Below the pieces are notes generated by a model, which ran no database searches, was not told where the DNA came from, and worked only from the letters and a program-made list of their open reading frames with translations. A program made the translations under genes and the position numbers. A stretch of 64,000 nt of DNA from an uncultured Actinomycetes bacterium (GTDB lineage: Bacteria; Actinomycetota; UBA4738; HRBIN12), in assembly GCA_963816275.1 (NCBI GenBank), contig CAWFJU010000005.1:221900-285899 (forward strand), written 5' to 3'. Positions within the stretch are counted from its first letter, which is position 1; every line of letters starts with the position of its first letter. Below, in pieces: positions 19,051 to 27,831 of this stretch.

Positions 19051-20482
19051 TCACTCCTCGCTGAGGTAGATGTTCTTCACTTCCGTGTAGAGCGCCGCGG
19101 CGTGCATCCCCATCTCGCGGCCCATGCCGCTCTGCTTGTACCCGCCGAACGGCGCCTCGGTGAACACGCTCGAGGACGAGTTCACGCTGATCACCCCGGT
19201 GCGGATCCCCTTGGCCACGCGGATCCCTCGCCCAAGGTCACGCGTCCAGACCGAGCCGGAGAGTCCGTAGGGCGAGTCGTTCGCCATCCGGATCGCCTCG
19301 TCTTCGGTGTCGAAGGGGATCACGCATGCGACGGGGCCGAAGATCTCCTCCTGGGCGACCCGCATGTCGTTCGCGACGTCGGCGAGCACCGCGGGACGCA
19401 TGAAGAAGCCGGGGCCGTCGGGGACCGCTCCGCCGGCCACCCGTCGCGCGCCGGCGTCCTCGCCGAGCACCAGGTACTCGAGGCTGGTCGCGCGCTGGCC
19501 CTCGCTGATCAGCGGTCCCATCTCGGTGGCCTCATCCAACGGTTCGCCGACGGCGATCGCCTCGGTCGCGGCCGCGAAGCGTTCGACGAACTCGTCGTAG
19601 ACGGGCCGCTGCACGAACGCGCGAGACCGTGCGCAGCAGTCCTGGCCCGCGTTGTCGAACACGGACCAGATCGACTTCGGCACGCACACGTCGAGGTCGG
19701 CGTCGGCGAACACGACGTTGGCCGACTTGCCACCGAGCTCAAGGGAGACGCGCGCGATGTTCTTCGCCGCCTCCTGCATCACGGCCGTGCCGACCTCGGT
19801 CGATCCGGTGAAGGAGATCTTCGCGACCCGGGGATCCGCGATCAGGGCGCCCGCGGTCGTCGAGCCCGGGCCCGGCAGCACGCTGAGCGTCCCCTCGGGC
19901 AGCCCGACCTCGTACAGGATGTCTGCGATCGCGAGCGCGGTGAGCGGGGTCTGCGTCGCCGGCTTGACCACCGCGGTGTTCCCGCAGGCGAGGGCTGGAG
20001 CGATCTTCCATGACGCGATCACGGCGGGGAAGTTCCAGGGGGTGATCAGGGCGCAGACGCCCACCGGCTCGCGGATCGTGACGTCGATCCCTGGCGGCAC
20101 GATCGGGATCGACTCCCCGAGGATCTTGTTGGCCGCACCGCCCCAGTACTCGAAGACGTTCGCGACGATGTCGATCTCTGCGCGGGCCGACGAGATCGGC
20201 TTGCCGCCGTTGCGCGCCTCGATGCGCGCGAGCTCCTCCTGGCGGTCGCGGATCAGGAACGACGCCTTGGTCAGCAGCCGTCCGCGCTCACGCGCACTGG
20301 TGCGACGCCAGGCCCCGTCCTCGAACGCGCGCTCGGCCGTCTCGACCGCGCGGCGGGCGTCCTCGGGGCTCCCCTTCGCGACCTCGGCCATCGGCGCCCC
20401 GGTCGACGGGCTCGATCACCTCGAAGGTGGCACCGTCGGCAGCGGCCACTCGCTCGCCGCCCAGGTTCATCAGCTCGGTCAT
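19051..20482 (-). pseudogene. NAD(P)-dependent aldehyde dehydrogenase with one frameshift near the 5' end.
   Basis: ITPWNFP, FTGSTEVG, ELGGKSANVVF, the catalytic Cys region GQDCCARSR and PFGGYKQSGMGRE. The N-terminus MTELMNLGGERVAAADGATFEVIEP is in another frame (shift near 20400). Confidence 0.85.
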
Positions 20483-20493
20483 GGCTCCTCCGA

Positions 20494-20842
20494 TCAGCCC
20501 TCCGGCAGGTCGGCGTCCACGAAGATCTTGCCGTCCCAGAACGCCTCCACGTGGGTCTTCGGGAAACGCTTCATCACGAGATGCAGTTCCTTCGGCAGAG
20601 CGAAACTTCCCCGGATCGAAGAGCACATCGAACCCGTCGGCCTCGAAGATCTTGAACCGGTGCGGTCGCCGGGCGCTCCGCATCCGCCTCGTGGCCTTGG
20701 TCGTCCCCGGTCGTTCGGTCGCCGCATCGAGATAGATCAGCGCTGGTCCCCCGAGCCCACCGTGCGGATCGAGCCACACCCATAGCGAACCGCCCGCCGA
20801 GCCGACGAACCCGGCAACGTCTCCCTGGGTCACGATCTTCAC
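20494..20842 (-). pseudogene. Small conserved-looking hypothetical protein (about 115 aa) with one frameshift.
   Basis: GTG 20842: VKIVTQGDVAGFVGSAGGSLWVWLDPHGGLGGPALIYLDAA...FKIFEADGFDVLFD, then after a shift near 20600 ...LPKELHLVMKRFPKTHVEAFWDGKIFVDADLPEG. Family not recognised. Confidence 0.4.
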
Positions 20843-20902
20843 GGCCCACACGCTAGCGCGGTCAGCGTAGGCTTGCCCGCGATCCACGACGAGGAGAAGA
20901 CG

Positions 20903-21679
20903 ATGCGGCTGGACGGCAAGGTAGCGCTGATCACGGGCGGCGGAAGCGGGATGGGGATGGTCGCCTCGAAGCTGTTCGCGTCGGAGGGCGCGAAGGTCGT
21001 CATCACCGACGTGAACGACGAGGCGGCGGAAGCCGTCGCCACGGCCATCGCGGAGAGCGAAGGCGAGGCGATCCACGTGCACGCCGACGTCTCCAATGAG
21101 GACGACGCGAGGTCCATGGTCGGCGCGGCGGTCGACCGGTTCGGGCGCCTCGACGTCCTGTACAACAACGCCGGCGTGATGCTCCCCGACGACGGGTCGG
21201 TGGATACCACCGAGGAGTCGATCTGGGACCTGACCCTCGCGGTCAACGTGAAGGGTGTCGCCTTCGGCTGCAAGTACGGGATCCCTGCGATGCTGGCGAA
21301 TGGTGGCGGCTCGATCGTGAACGTCGCGTCGTTCGTGGCCTGGCTCGGTGCGGCCACCTCGCAGACGGCCTACACGGCCTCCAAGGGCGCCGTGCTCGCG
21401 ATGACGCGCGAGATCGCGGTCGAGTATGCGCGCAAAGGGATCCGCTGCAACGCCCTCTGCCCGGGACCGATCGAGACACCTCTCCTCATGCAGCTGCTCT
21501 CTGACGAGCAGAAGAAGCAGCGCCGCTTCGTGCACATCCCGATGGGCCGGCTCGGCCAGGCTGAGGAGCTCGCACGTGCCGCACTCTTCCTCGCGTCCGA
21601 CGACTCGAGCTACATGACGGGCGCGTCCCTGATCGTGGACGGGGGCATCACGGCCGCCTACGTCACGCCCGAGGACTGA
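20903..21679 (+). CDS. Short-chain dehydrogenase/reductase (SDR).
   Basis: MRLDGKVALITGGGSGMG (TGxxxGxG), NNAG and YTASKGAV (YxxxK). RBS GAGGAG. Confidence 0.9.
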   Translation: MRLDGKVALITGGGSGMGMVASKLFASEGAKVVITDVNDEAAEAVATAIAESEGEAIHVHADVSNEDDARSMVGAAVDRFGRLDVLYNNAGVMLPDDGSVDTTEESIWDLTLAVNVKGVAFGCKYGIPAMLANGGGSIVNVASFVAWLGAATSQTAYTASKGAVLAMTREIAVEYARKGIRCNALCPGPIETPLLMQLLSDEQKKQRRFVHIPMGRLGQAEELARAALFLASDDSSYMTGASLIVDGGITAAYVTPED

Positions 21680-21784
21680 CCGCGAACGCCGCATTGCTCG
21701 GAGACGGACTTGACGGGTTCCCTCCCAGGGTCTCTGATACGCGGAGCGTTTCGGTCTCACCACCTAAGAGGGAGGGGGTAGAGG

Positions 21785-23440
21785 ATGGGCGATGCCGCAA
21801 GCGGCATGAACGCGTCCACGGATGCCGCTCGCAAGGGCGACACCGAACGGCTCCACGAACTCGGCTACGCGCAGGAGCTCAAGCGCGGGATGTCGGGGTT
21901 CTCGAACTTCGCGGTCAGTTTCACGATCATCTCGATCCTGTCGGGGTGCCTGACCCTGTTCGGGTTCGGCATGTTCGTCGGCGGCCCGGCCAGCTCGGCG
22001 TACGGATGGCCGCTCGTGGGCATCATGGTCACGTTCGTCGGCCTCGCGATGGCCGAGGTCTGCTCCAGCTATCCCACGGCGGGCGGCCTCTACTACTGGT
22101 CGGCCAAGCTCGCGAAGAAGAACGGTCCGATGTGGGCATGGTTCACGGGATGGTTCAACCTGCTCGGCCAGGTCGCGATCACGGCCGGCATCGACTTCGG
22201 TCTGTCGGCGTTCGTCTGCGCGTTCATGGGCATCGCGTTCGACATCGAGGTCACCAAGCTGATCCTGATCGCCACCTACACGGTGGTGCTCGCGATCCAC
22301 GGCCTGCTGAACACCTTCGGCGTGCGCCTCGTCGCGATCTTCAACAACGTCAGCGTGTGGTGGCATGTTGCCGGGGTGCTGATCATCCTCCTGATGTGCA
22401 TCGTGCTTCCGGACAGTCACACGTCGCTCGGCACGATCTTCAGCTTCAGCCAGACACCGTCCGGGCCCGACCAGGTCGCCGGGTTCATCAATGCGACGGG
22501 CTTCACGACGAGCCCGGTGCCGTTCCTCGGGATCACCGCGTACGTGTTCCTGATCGGCATGCTGCTCGCGCAGTACACCCTCACCGGATACGACGCGTCT
22601 GCGCACATGACCGAGGAGACCCACGAGGCTGATGTCGCAGGGCCGAACGGGATCTGGAAGTCCATCGTGATCTCCGTGTTCTTCGGCTACATCCTGCTGC
22701 TGGCGGTCTGGTACGCGATGCAAGGGCAGGCCGGCTACGACCTCGCTGCGGCGTTCCAGTACCCGGCGACCGGGAACATCGCGGCACCGGCGGCGATCTT
22801 CCTGGACTCGTTCGGCAAGGGCATGGCGATCTTCGCGCTGATCATCGTGATGGGCGCCCAGTTCTTCTGCGGGATGGCGTCGGTGACGACGAACTCGCGG
22901 ATGATCTACGCCTTCTCGCGTGACGGTGCGGTGCCTGGGCACCGTTGGTGGCACGCTATCAACAAGCGGACCCGCACCCCCACCAACGCGATCTGGCTGG
23001 CCGCCGTGCTCGCGTGGTTGCTCGTGGCACCCGCCTACTGGATGGGATCGATCGTCGCGTACTTCGCCGTGACGGCCGTGGGCGTGATCGGGCTCTACAT
23101 CGCCTACATCATCCCGATCTTCCTGCGTCGCCGGGCGGGTAGCGACTTCCAGGAAGGACCATGGCAGCTCGGCAAGTGGAGCGCGTTCGTGGGCTGGGTG
23201 GCCGTGATCTGGGTCGCTCTGATCGTCGTCATCCTGATGCTGCCGCAGTTCAACTGGGGCGACGGCATCAAGTTCATCGACGTGTTCAACTTCACGCCGG
23301 TGATCGTGGGCGGCGTGTTCATCCTCACGGGCCTGTGGTGGGTCGTCTCTGCCCACAAGTGGTTCACGGGACCGAAGGTGATGGGCACGCCCGAGGAACT
23401 GGCCGCGATCGAGGCCGACCTCGAGCTGAAGCACAGCTAG
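21785..23440 (+). CDS. APC-superfamily amino acid/amine permease (GABA/choline-permease-like).
   Basis: 551-aa 12-TM-type ORF: FSNFAVSFTIISILSG..., AEVCSSYPTAGGLYYWS, LTGYDASAHMTEET. Confidence 0.85.
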   Translation: MGDAASGMNASTDAARKGDTERLHELGYAQELKRGMSGFSNFAVSFTIISILSGCLTLFGFGMFVGGPASSAYGWPLVGIMVTFVGLAMAEVCSSYPTAGGLYYWSAKLAKKNGPMWAWFTGWFNLLGQVAITAGIDFGLSAFVCAFMGIAFDIEVTKLILIATYTVVLAIHGLLNTFGVRLVAIFNNVSVWWHVAGVLIILLMCIVLPDSHTSLGTIFSFSQTPSGPDQVAGFINATGFTTSPVPFLGITAYVFLIGMLLAQYTLTGYDASAHMTEETHEADVAGPNGIWKSIVISVFFGYILLLAVWYAMQGQAGYDLAAAFQYPATGNIAAPAAIFLDSFGKGMAIFALIIVMGAQFFCGMASVTTNSRMIYAFSRDGAVPGHRWWHAINKRTRTPTNAIWLAAVLAWLLVAPAYWMGSIVAYFAVTAVGVIGLYIAYIIPIFLRRRAGSDFQEGPWQLGKWSAFVGWVAVIWVALIVVILMLPQFNWGDGIKFIDVFNFTPVIVGGVFILTGLWWVVSAHKWFTGPKVMGTPEELAAIEADLELKHS

Positions 23441-23452
23441 GCATCCGCTCGG

Positions 23453-23490
23453 ACGAGGCGCGGCGGGCCACCACGGCCGCCGCGCCTCGT
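23453..23490 (+). terminator. Strong GC hairpin (about 17 bp) between the permease and ligase genes. Possible attenuator or terminator.
   Basis: ACGAGGCGCGGCGGGCC-accac-GGCCGCCGCGCCTCGT followed by TCGTCTTC. Confidence 0.45.
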
Positions 23491-23511
23491 TCGTCTTCAG
23501 GGGAGGCAGGC

Positions 23512-24894
23512 ATGGAACGCCAGGGCATGTTGACCGCCACGCAGCTCGAGGAGCTCGCAAGCGCGGGCGAGATCGACACCGTGCTGTGCATGTTCACCGA
23601 CCTCCAGGGACGGTTCATGGGCAAGCGCGTGCTCCCGGACTTCTTCCTCGAGGAGATCCTCGGCGAGGAAGGGCTCCATGCCTGTCTCTACCTCCTCGCG
23701 ATCGACATGGAGATGGAACCGCTCCCGGGCTACAAGTACGCGAGCTGGGACACGGGTTACGGGGACTTCCGGATGGTCCCCGACATGGCCACGATGCGGG
23801 TGTGCCCGTGGCTCGAGAAGACGGCCATGGTGCTCTGCGACATCTATGAAGAGGACTCAGACGATGCCGTGTCCGTGGCGCCTCGGCAGATCCTGAAGGA
23901 CCAGCTCGCGAAGGCCGCAGAGATGGGATTCACCGTGAAGACCGGGTCGGAGCTGGAGTTCTACCTGTTCAAGGACGGTTTCGACGAACTGGCCGCCCGC
24001 GGGTACCGCGACGCGAATCCGTCCTCGACCTACATCATGGACTACCACATGCTCCAGACGACCAAAGACGAGTGGATCATCAGGCAGATCCGCAACCACA
24101 TGCGCGGGGCAGGTATCCCGATCGAGTTCTCGAAGGGCGAGTTCGGCAAGGGCCAGCACGAGATCAACATCACGTACTCCGACGCCCTGTCGAACGCCGA
24201 CCACCACGCGATCTACAAGCACGGCGTCAAGGAGATCGCGGCCCTGAGCGGCGTGGCAGCGACGTTCATGGCCAAGTGGTCGATGGAGGAGGCCGGGTCC
24301 TCGTGCCACCTCCACTCCTCGATCTGGAACGCGAAGGGCACGAAGAGCCTCACGTGGAAGGAGGACGGCGTCGGGCACATGACCGACGAGTTCCGCTGGT
24401 ACCTGGGTGGGCTCATGGCCACGGCGCGCGAGATGTCGTGGATGTACGCCCCCTTCGTGAACTCGTACAAGCGGTATCAGCACGGCTCCTGGGCTCCGAC
24501 CGCGATCGTCTGGAGCCGGGACAACCGCACGTGCGGCTACCGCACGGTCGGCGAGCACTCAGCCTTCCGCGTGGAGTCCCGGATCCCGGGCGCCGACGCG
24601 AACCCCTATCTCGCCTTCGCCGCTACCGTGGCCGCCGGGATGTGGGGCATCAGGAACAAGGTCGAACCACCGCCGATGTTCGAAGGGAACGCCTACGAGG
24701 CGAAGCGGGTGCCCCGCGTGCCCTCGAACCTGCACGAGGCGATCGAGACGTTCCGCAAGAGCAAGGTCGCGCGCGAGATGTTCGGCGACTTCGTCTTCGA
24801 GCACCTGCTGAACACCGCCGTGCAGGAGCAGCTGATCTTCGACAACCTCTGCGTGACGGACTGGGAGCTCGCCCGGTACTTCGAACGAGGCTAG
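23512..24894 (+). CDS. Glutamine-synthetase-family ligase, probably a gamma-glutamyl-amine synthetase (PuuA/GlnA3/GlnA4-like).
   Basis: 460-aa ORF: GSELEFYLF, KGEFGKGQHEINI, SSCHLHSSIW, NSYKRY, ESRIPGADANPYLAFAA. Confidence 0.8.
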   Translation: MERQGMLTATQLEELASAGEIDTVLCMFTDLQGRFMGKRVLPDFFLEEILGEEGLHACLYLLAIDMEMEPLPGYKYASWDTGYGDFRMVPDMATMRVCPWLEKTAMVLCDIYEEDSDDAVSVAPRQILKDQLAKAAEMGFTVKTGSELEFYLFKDGFDELAARGYRDANPSSTYIMDYHMLQTTKDEWIIRQIRNHMRGAGIPIEFSKGEFGKGQHEINITYSDALSNADHHAIYKHGVKEIAALSGVAATFMAKWSMEEAGSSCHLHSSIWNAKGTKSLTWKEDGVGHMTDEFRWYLGGLMATAREMSWMYAPFVNSYKRYQHGSWAPTAIVWSRDNRTCGYRTVGEHSAFRVESRIPGADANPYLAFAATVAAGMWGIRNKVEPPPMFEGNAYEAKRVPRVPSNLHEAIETFRKSKVAREMFGDFVFEHLLNTAVQEQLIFDNLCVTDWELARYFERG

Positions 24895-24905
24895 CCATCA
24901 CGACG

Positions 24906-25823
24906 ATGACGCCCGATCCCGAGCTCGACGCGATCCTCCGGTCGGTGCCCGGCTGGGCCGACGCCGAGCTCGAGGTCGAGCCGCTCGACGGAGGCATCAC
25001 CAATCGCAACTACGTCGTGCGGACCGACGGGCAGGCGTACGTGTTGCGCGTCCCGGGACGCGACACGGAACTCCTCGGGATCGATCGGGCGAACGAACTG
25101 CGAGCCGCCCGCGTCGCCGCCGATGCCGGGGTCGGTCCCGAGGTCGTGGCGTTCCTCCCCGAGCTCGGGAGCTTCGTCTCGCGGTTCGTCCCGGGTGCCC
25201 ACGTCCCGATGGAGGATCTGCGCGACCCCGAGGTCCTCGGGTCGGTCGTCGCCTCGCTCCGCCGGCTGCATGCCTGCCCTCCGATCCCGTCGTCGTTCAA
25301 TGCGTTCCGCATCGTCGAGACCTACTTCGCGACCGCCTCGACGCGAGGCGTCACCGTGCCCGCGGCTTACGACGACGCTCACGCCGTGGCCGACCGGATC
25401 GAGACCGCGCTCGAGGTGTCGCCCTCGCCGCTCACGACCTGTCACAACGATCTGTTGAACGCGAACTTCCTCCGCGACGGGGAGCACGTCTGGATCGTCG
25501 ACTACGAGTACGCGGGGATGGGCGACGTCTTCTTCGACCTCGGGAACCTGAGCGTGAACAACGGCCTGGACGACGTCGCCCGCGACGTGCTGCTCGACGC
25601 GTACTTCCTGGGCGACGTTCGCGACCGGCACCGCGCACGGCTCGCGTTGATGTGCCTGATGTCGGACTTCCGCGAGGCGATGTGGGGCGTGGTCCAGCAG
25701 GCGATCTCTACCCTCGACGTCGACTTCGTGGAGTACGCCGACCGCCACTTCTCGAGGCTCCTCGGGAACGCGGCCGCGATGCCGATGGACGACCTCCTCA
25801 GGACGGCCTCCGAGCCGATCTGA
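24906..25823 (+). CDS. Choline/ethanolamine-kinase-like (APH-fold) phosphotransferase.
   Basis: PLDGGITNRNYVV, catalytic CHNDLLNANFL and VWIVDYEYAGMGDVFFDLGN. Confidence 0.8.
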   Translation: MTPDPELDAILRSVPGWADAELEVEPLDGGITNRNYVVRTDGQAYVLRVPGRDTELLGIDRANELRAARVAADAGVGPEVVAFLPELGSFVSRFVPGAHVPMEDLRDPEVLGSVVASLRRLHACPPIPSSFNAFRIVETYFATASTRGVTVPAAYDDAHAVADRIETALEVSPSPLTTCHNDLLNANFLRDGEHVWIVDYEYAGMGDVFFDLGNLSVNNGLDDVARDVLLDAYFLGDVRDRHRARLALMCLMSDFREAMWGVVQQAISTLDVDFVEYADRHFSRLLGNAAAMPMDDLLRTASEPI

Positions 25824-25832
25824 ACCGGCGGG

Positions 25833-27020
25833 TCAGTCGAACGCGCGCAGCCCGGTCAGCGCGTGGCCGATCACGAGCGTGTGGATCTCCTCGGTGCCCT
25901 CGTACGTCAGCACCGACTCGAGGTTCGTCATATGCCGCATGATCGGATACTCGAGCGTCACGCCGTTCGCGCCCAGGATCGACCGTGAGAGGCGGGCGAT
26001 CGCCAGCGCCTCCCGGGTGTTGTTCAGCTTCCCGACGCTCACGTGCTCGGGACGGAGACGCCCCTCGTCCTTCATCCGGCCGAGGTGGAGCGCCAGGAGC
26101 GTTCCCTTGTTCAGCTCCAGCGCCATGTCAGCGAGCTTCTTCTGGGTGAGCTGGAACGAGCCGATCGGCTTGCCGAACTGCTCGCGGGTCCTCGCGTACT
26201 CGAGCGCCGCGGAGAAGCACGCGCGCGCCGCGCCCATCACGCCCCAGACGATCCCGTAGCGCGCCTCGTTGAGGCACGACAGCGGGCCCTTCAGCCCGCT
26301 CACGCCGGGCAACATCGCGTCAGCGGGCAGGCGCACCTCGTCCAGCACCAGTTCGGACGTGACGGATGCCCGGAGCGACAGCTTGCGGTGGATGTCGTTA
26401 GCCGTGTACCCCGGCGTCCCCGCCGGGACGAGGAACCCGCGTACGCCGTCGTCCGTGTGCGCCCAGACCACGGAGACGTCGGCGACCGTTCCGTTCGTGA
26501 TCCACATCTTCGTGCCCGAGACGATCCAGTCATCGCCGTCACGGCGCGCTCGCGTGCGCATCGCGCCGGGGTCGCTGCCTGCGTCGGGCTCTGTGAGGCC
26601 GAAGCAGCCGATCGCCTCGCCGGCCGCCATCGGGGGCAGCCACTCCTGTCGCTGCTCCTCGGAGCCGAACGCGTGGATCGCGTACATCGCCAGCGAGCCC
26701 TGCACCGAGACGAAGCTCCGGAGCCCGCTATCGCCGGCCTCGAGCTCCAGGCACGCGAGCCCGTACATCGTGGCGCTGGCGCCCGCACAGCCGTATCCGT
26801 CGAGATGCATCCCGAGGAAGCCGAGCGCGCCGAGCTCCTTCGCGAGCTCGCGCCCGGGGAACACGGCCCGCTCGTACCAGTCGTCGACCTCGGGGAGGAT
26901 CCGGTCGGCCACCCACTCCCTGGCCGCGTCGCGGATCGCGCGTTCCTCGTTCGAGAGGAGGGCGTCGATGCCGATCAGATCGAGCGGCTCGGGCGGCGGG
27001 ATCTTCGCGCTGCTGACCAC
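25833..27020 (-). CDS. Acyl-CoA dehydrogenase, glutaryl-CoA-dehydrogenase-like.
   Basis: GCFGLTEPDAGSDPGAMRTRARRDGDDWIVSGTKMWITNG, QFGKPIGSFQLTQKKLADM, YEGTEEIHTLVIG. GTG start at 27020 (alternative 27038). Confidence 0.85.
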   Translation of the reverse strand: MVSSAKIPPPEPLDLIGIDALLSNEERAIRDAAREWVADRILPEVDDWYERAVFPGRELAKELGALGFLGMHLDGYGCAGASATMYGLACLELEAGDSGLRSFVSVQGSLAMYAIHAFGSEEQRQEWLPPMAAGEAIGCFGLTEPDAGSDPGAMRTRARRDGDDWIVSGTKMWITNGTVADVSVVWAHTDDGVRGFLVPAGTPGYTANDIHRKLSLRASVTSELVLDEVRLPADAMLPGVSGLKGPLSCLNEARYGIVWGVMGAARACFSAALEYARTREQFGKPIGSFQLTQKKLADMALELNKGTLLALHLGRMKDEGRLRPEHVSVGKLNNTREALAIARLSRSILGANGVTLEYPIMRHMTNLESVLTYEGTEEIHTLVIGHALTGLRAFD

Positions 27021-27098
27021 GACGACGCACGCTACCACCCGGCGGAAGCGGCGGTCCGGACTCGCCCGAGCGCCGGGGTCACCGTAGACTCGAACGCC

Positions 27099-27821
27099 AT
27101 GAGGCCGCTCCTCCTGATCCAGAACGACCCGGTGGAGACCTTCGGCGTGGCGGTGCGCGCGCTCGAGGCCGTGGGGGCCGACGTGATCACGCTCGACGCC
27201 ACCGACCCGAGCGCGCCCCGGCTCGCACTCGACGATCTCTCGGGCGTCGTCATGTTCGGCGGCACGATGAACGTGGACGAGGTCGACGAGCACCCGTTCC
27301 TGAAGGAGAACCGTGACCTCACGCGCGAGGCGATCGACCGTGGCGTCCCCTACCTCGGGATCTGCTTGGGCGCACAGATGCTCGCCCGGGCCCTCGACGC
27401 ACCCGTTCGCCGTGCCGGAGTGAAGGAGGTCGGCTTCGAGCCGGTGCGGCCGCTCCCCGCCGCGGCCGGGGACCCGCTCCTCTCGGTCTGGTCGGACGGT
27501 GACATGGTGTTCCAGTGGCACCAGGACACGATGGCGCTCCCACCGGATGCCGAACAGCTCGCCACGGGAGATCGGATCGCCGTGCAGGCGTACCGCGTTG
27601 GCGAGCACGCCTGGGCCACCCAGTTCCACTTCGAGCTCGACGCGGCCGAGCTCGAGCTCTGGCTCGACGAGGCGTCGCAGTTCATGGACCTGAGCGAGGT
27701 CTGGGGCAAATCCCCGGCCCAGATCCGAGGCGAGGCCGCCCGGTACATGGCGGAGCACGAGGTGAAGGGCTCGGCGATGTTCGCGCGGTTCGCCGAGGTC
27801 GCGGCCTCGACGAGCTCGTGA
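27099..27821 (+). CDS. Class-I glutamine amidotransferase-fold protein.
   Basis: MRPLLLIQNDPVETFG..., nucleophile elbow YLGICLGAQMLA, and WATQFHFE. Confidence 0.8.
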   Translation: MRPLLLIQNDPVETFGVAVRALEAVGADVITLDATDPSAPRLALDDLSGVVMFGGTMNVDEVDEHPFLKENRDLTREAIDRGVPYLGICLGAQMLARALDAPVRRAGVKEVGFEPVRPLPAAAGDPLLSVWSDGDMVFQWHQDTMALPPDAEQLATGDRIAVQAYRVGEHAWATQFHFELDAAELELWLDEASQFMDLSEVWGKSPAQIRGEAARYMAEHEVKGSAMFARFAEVAASTSS

Positions 27822-27831
27822 ACGGCGAGGG

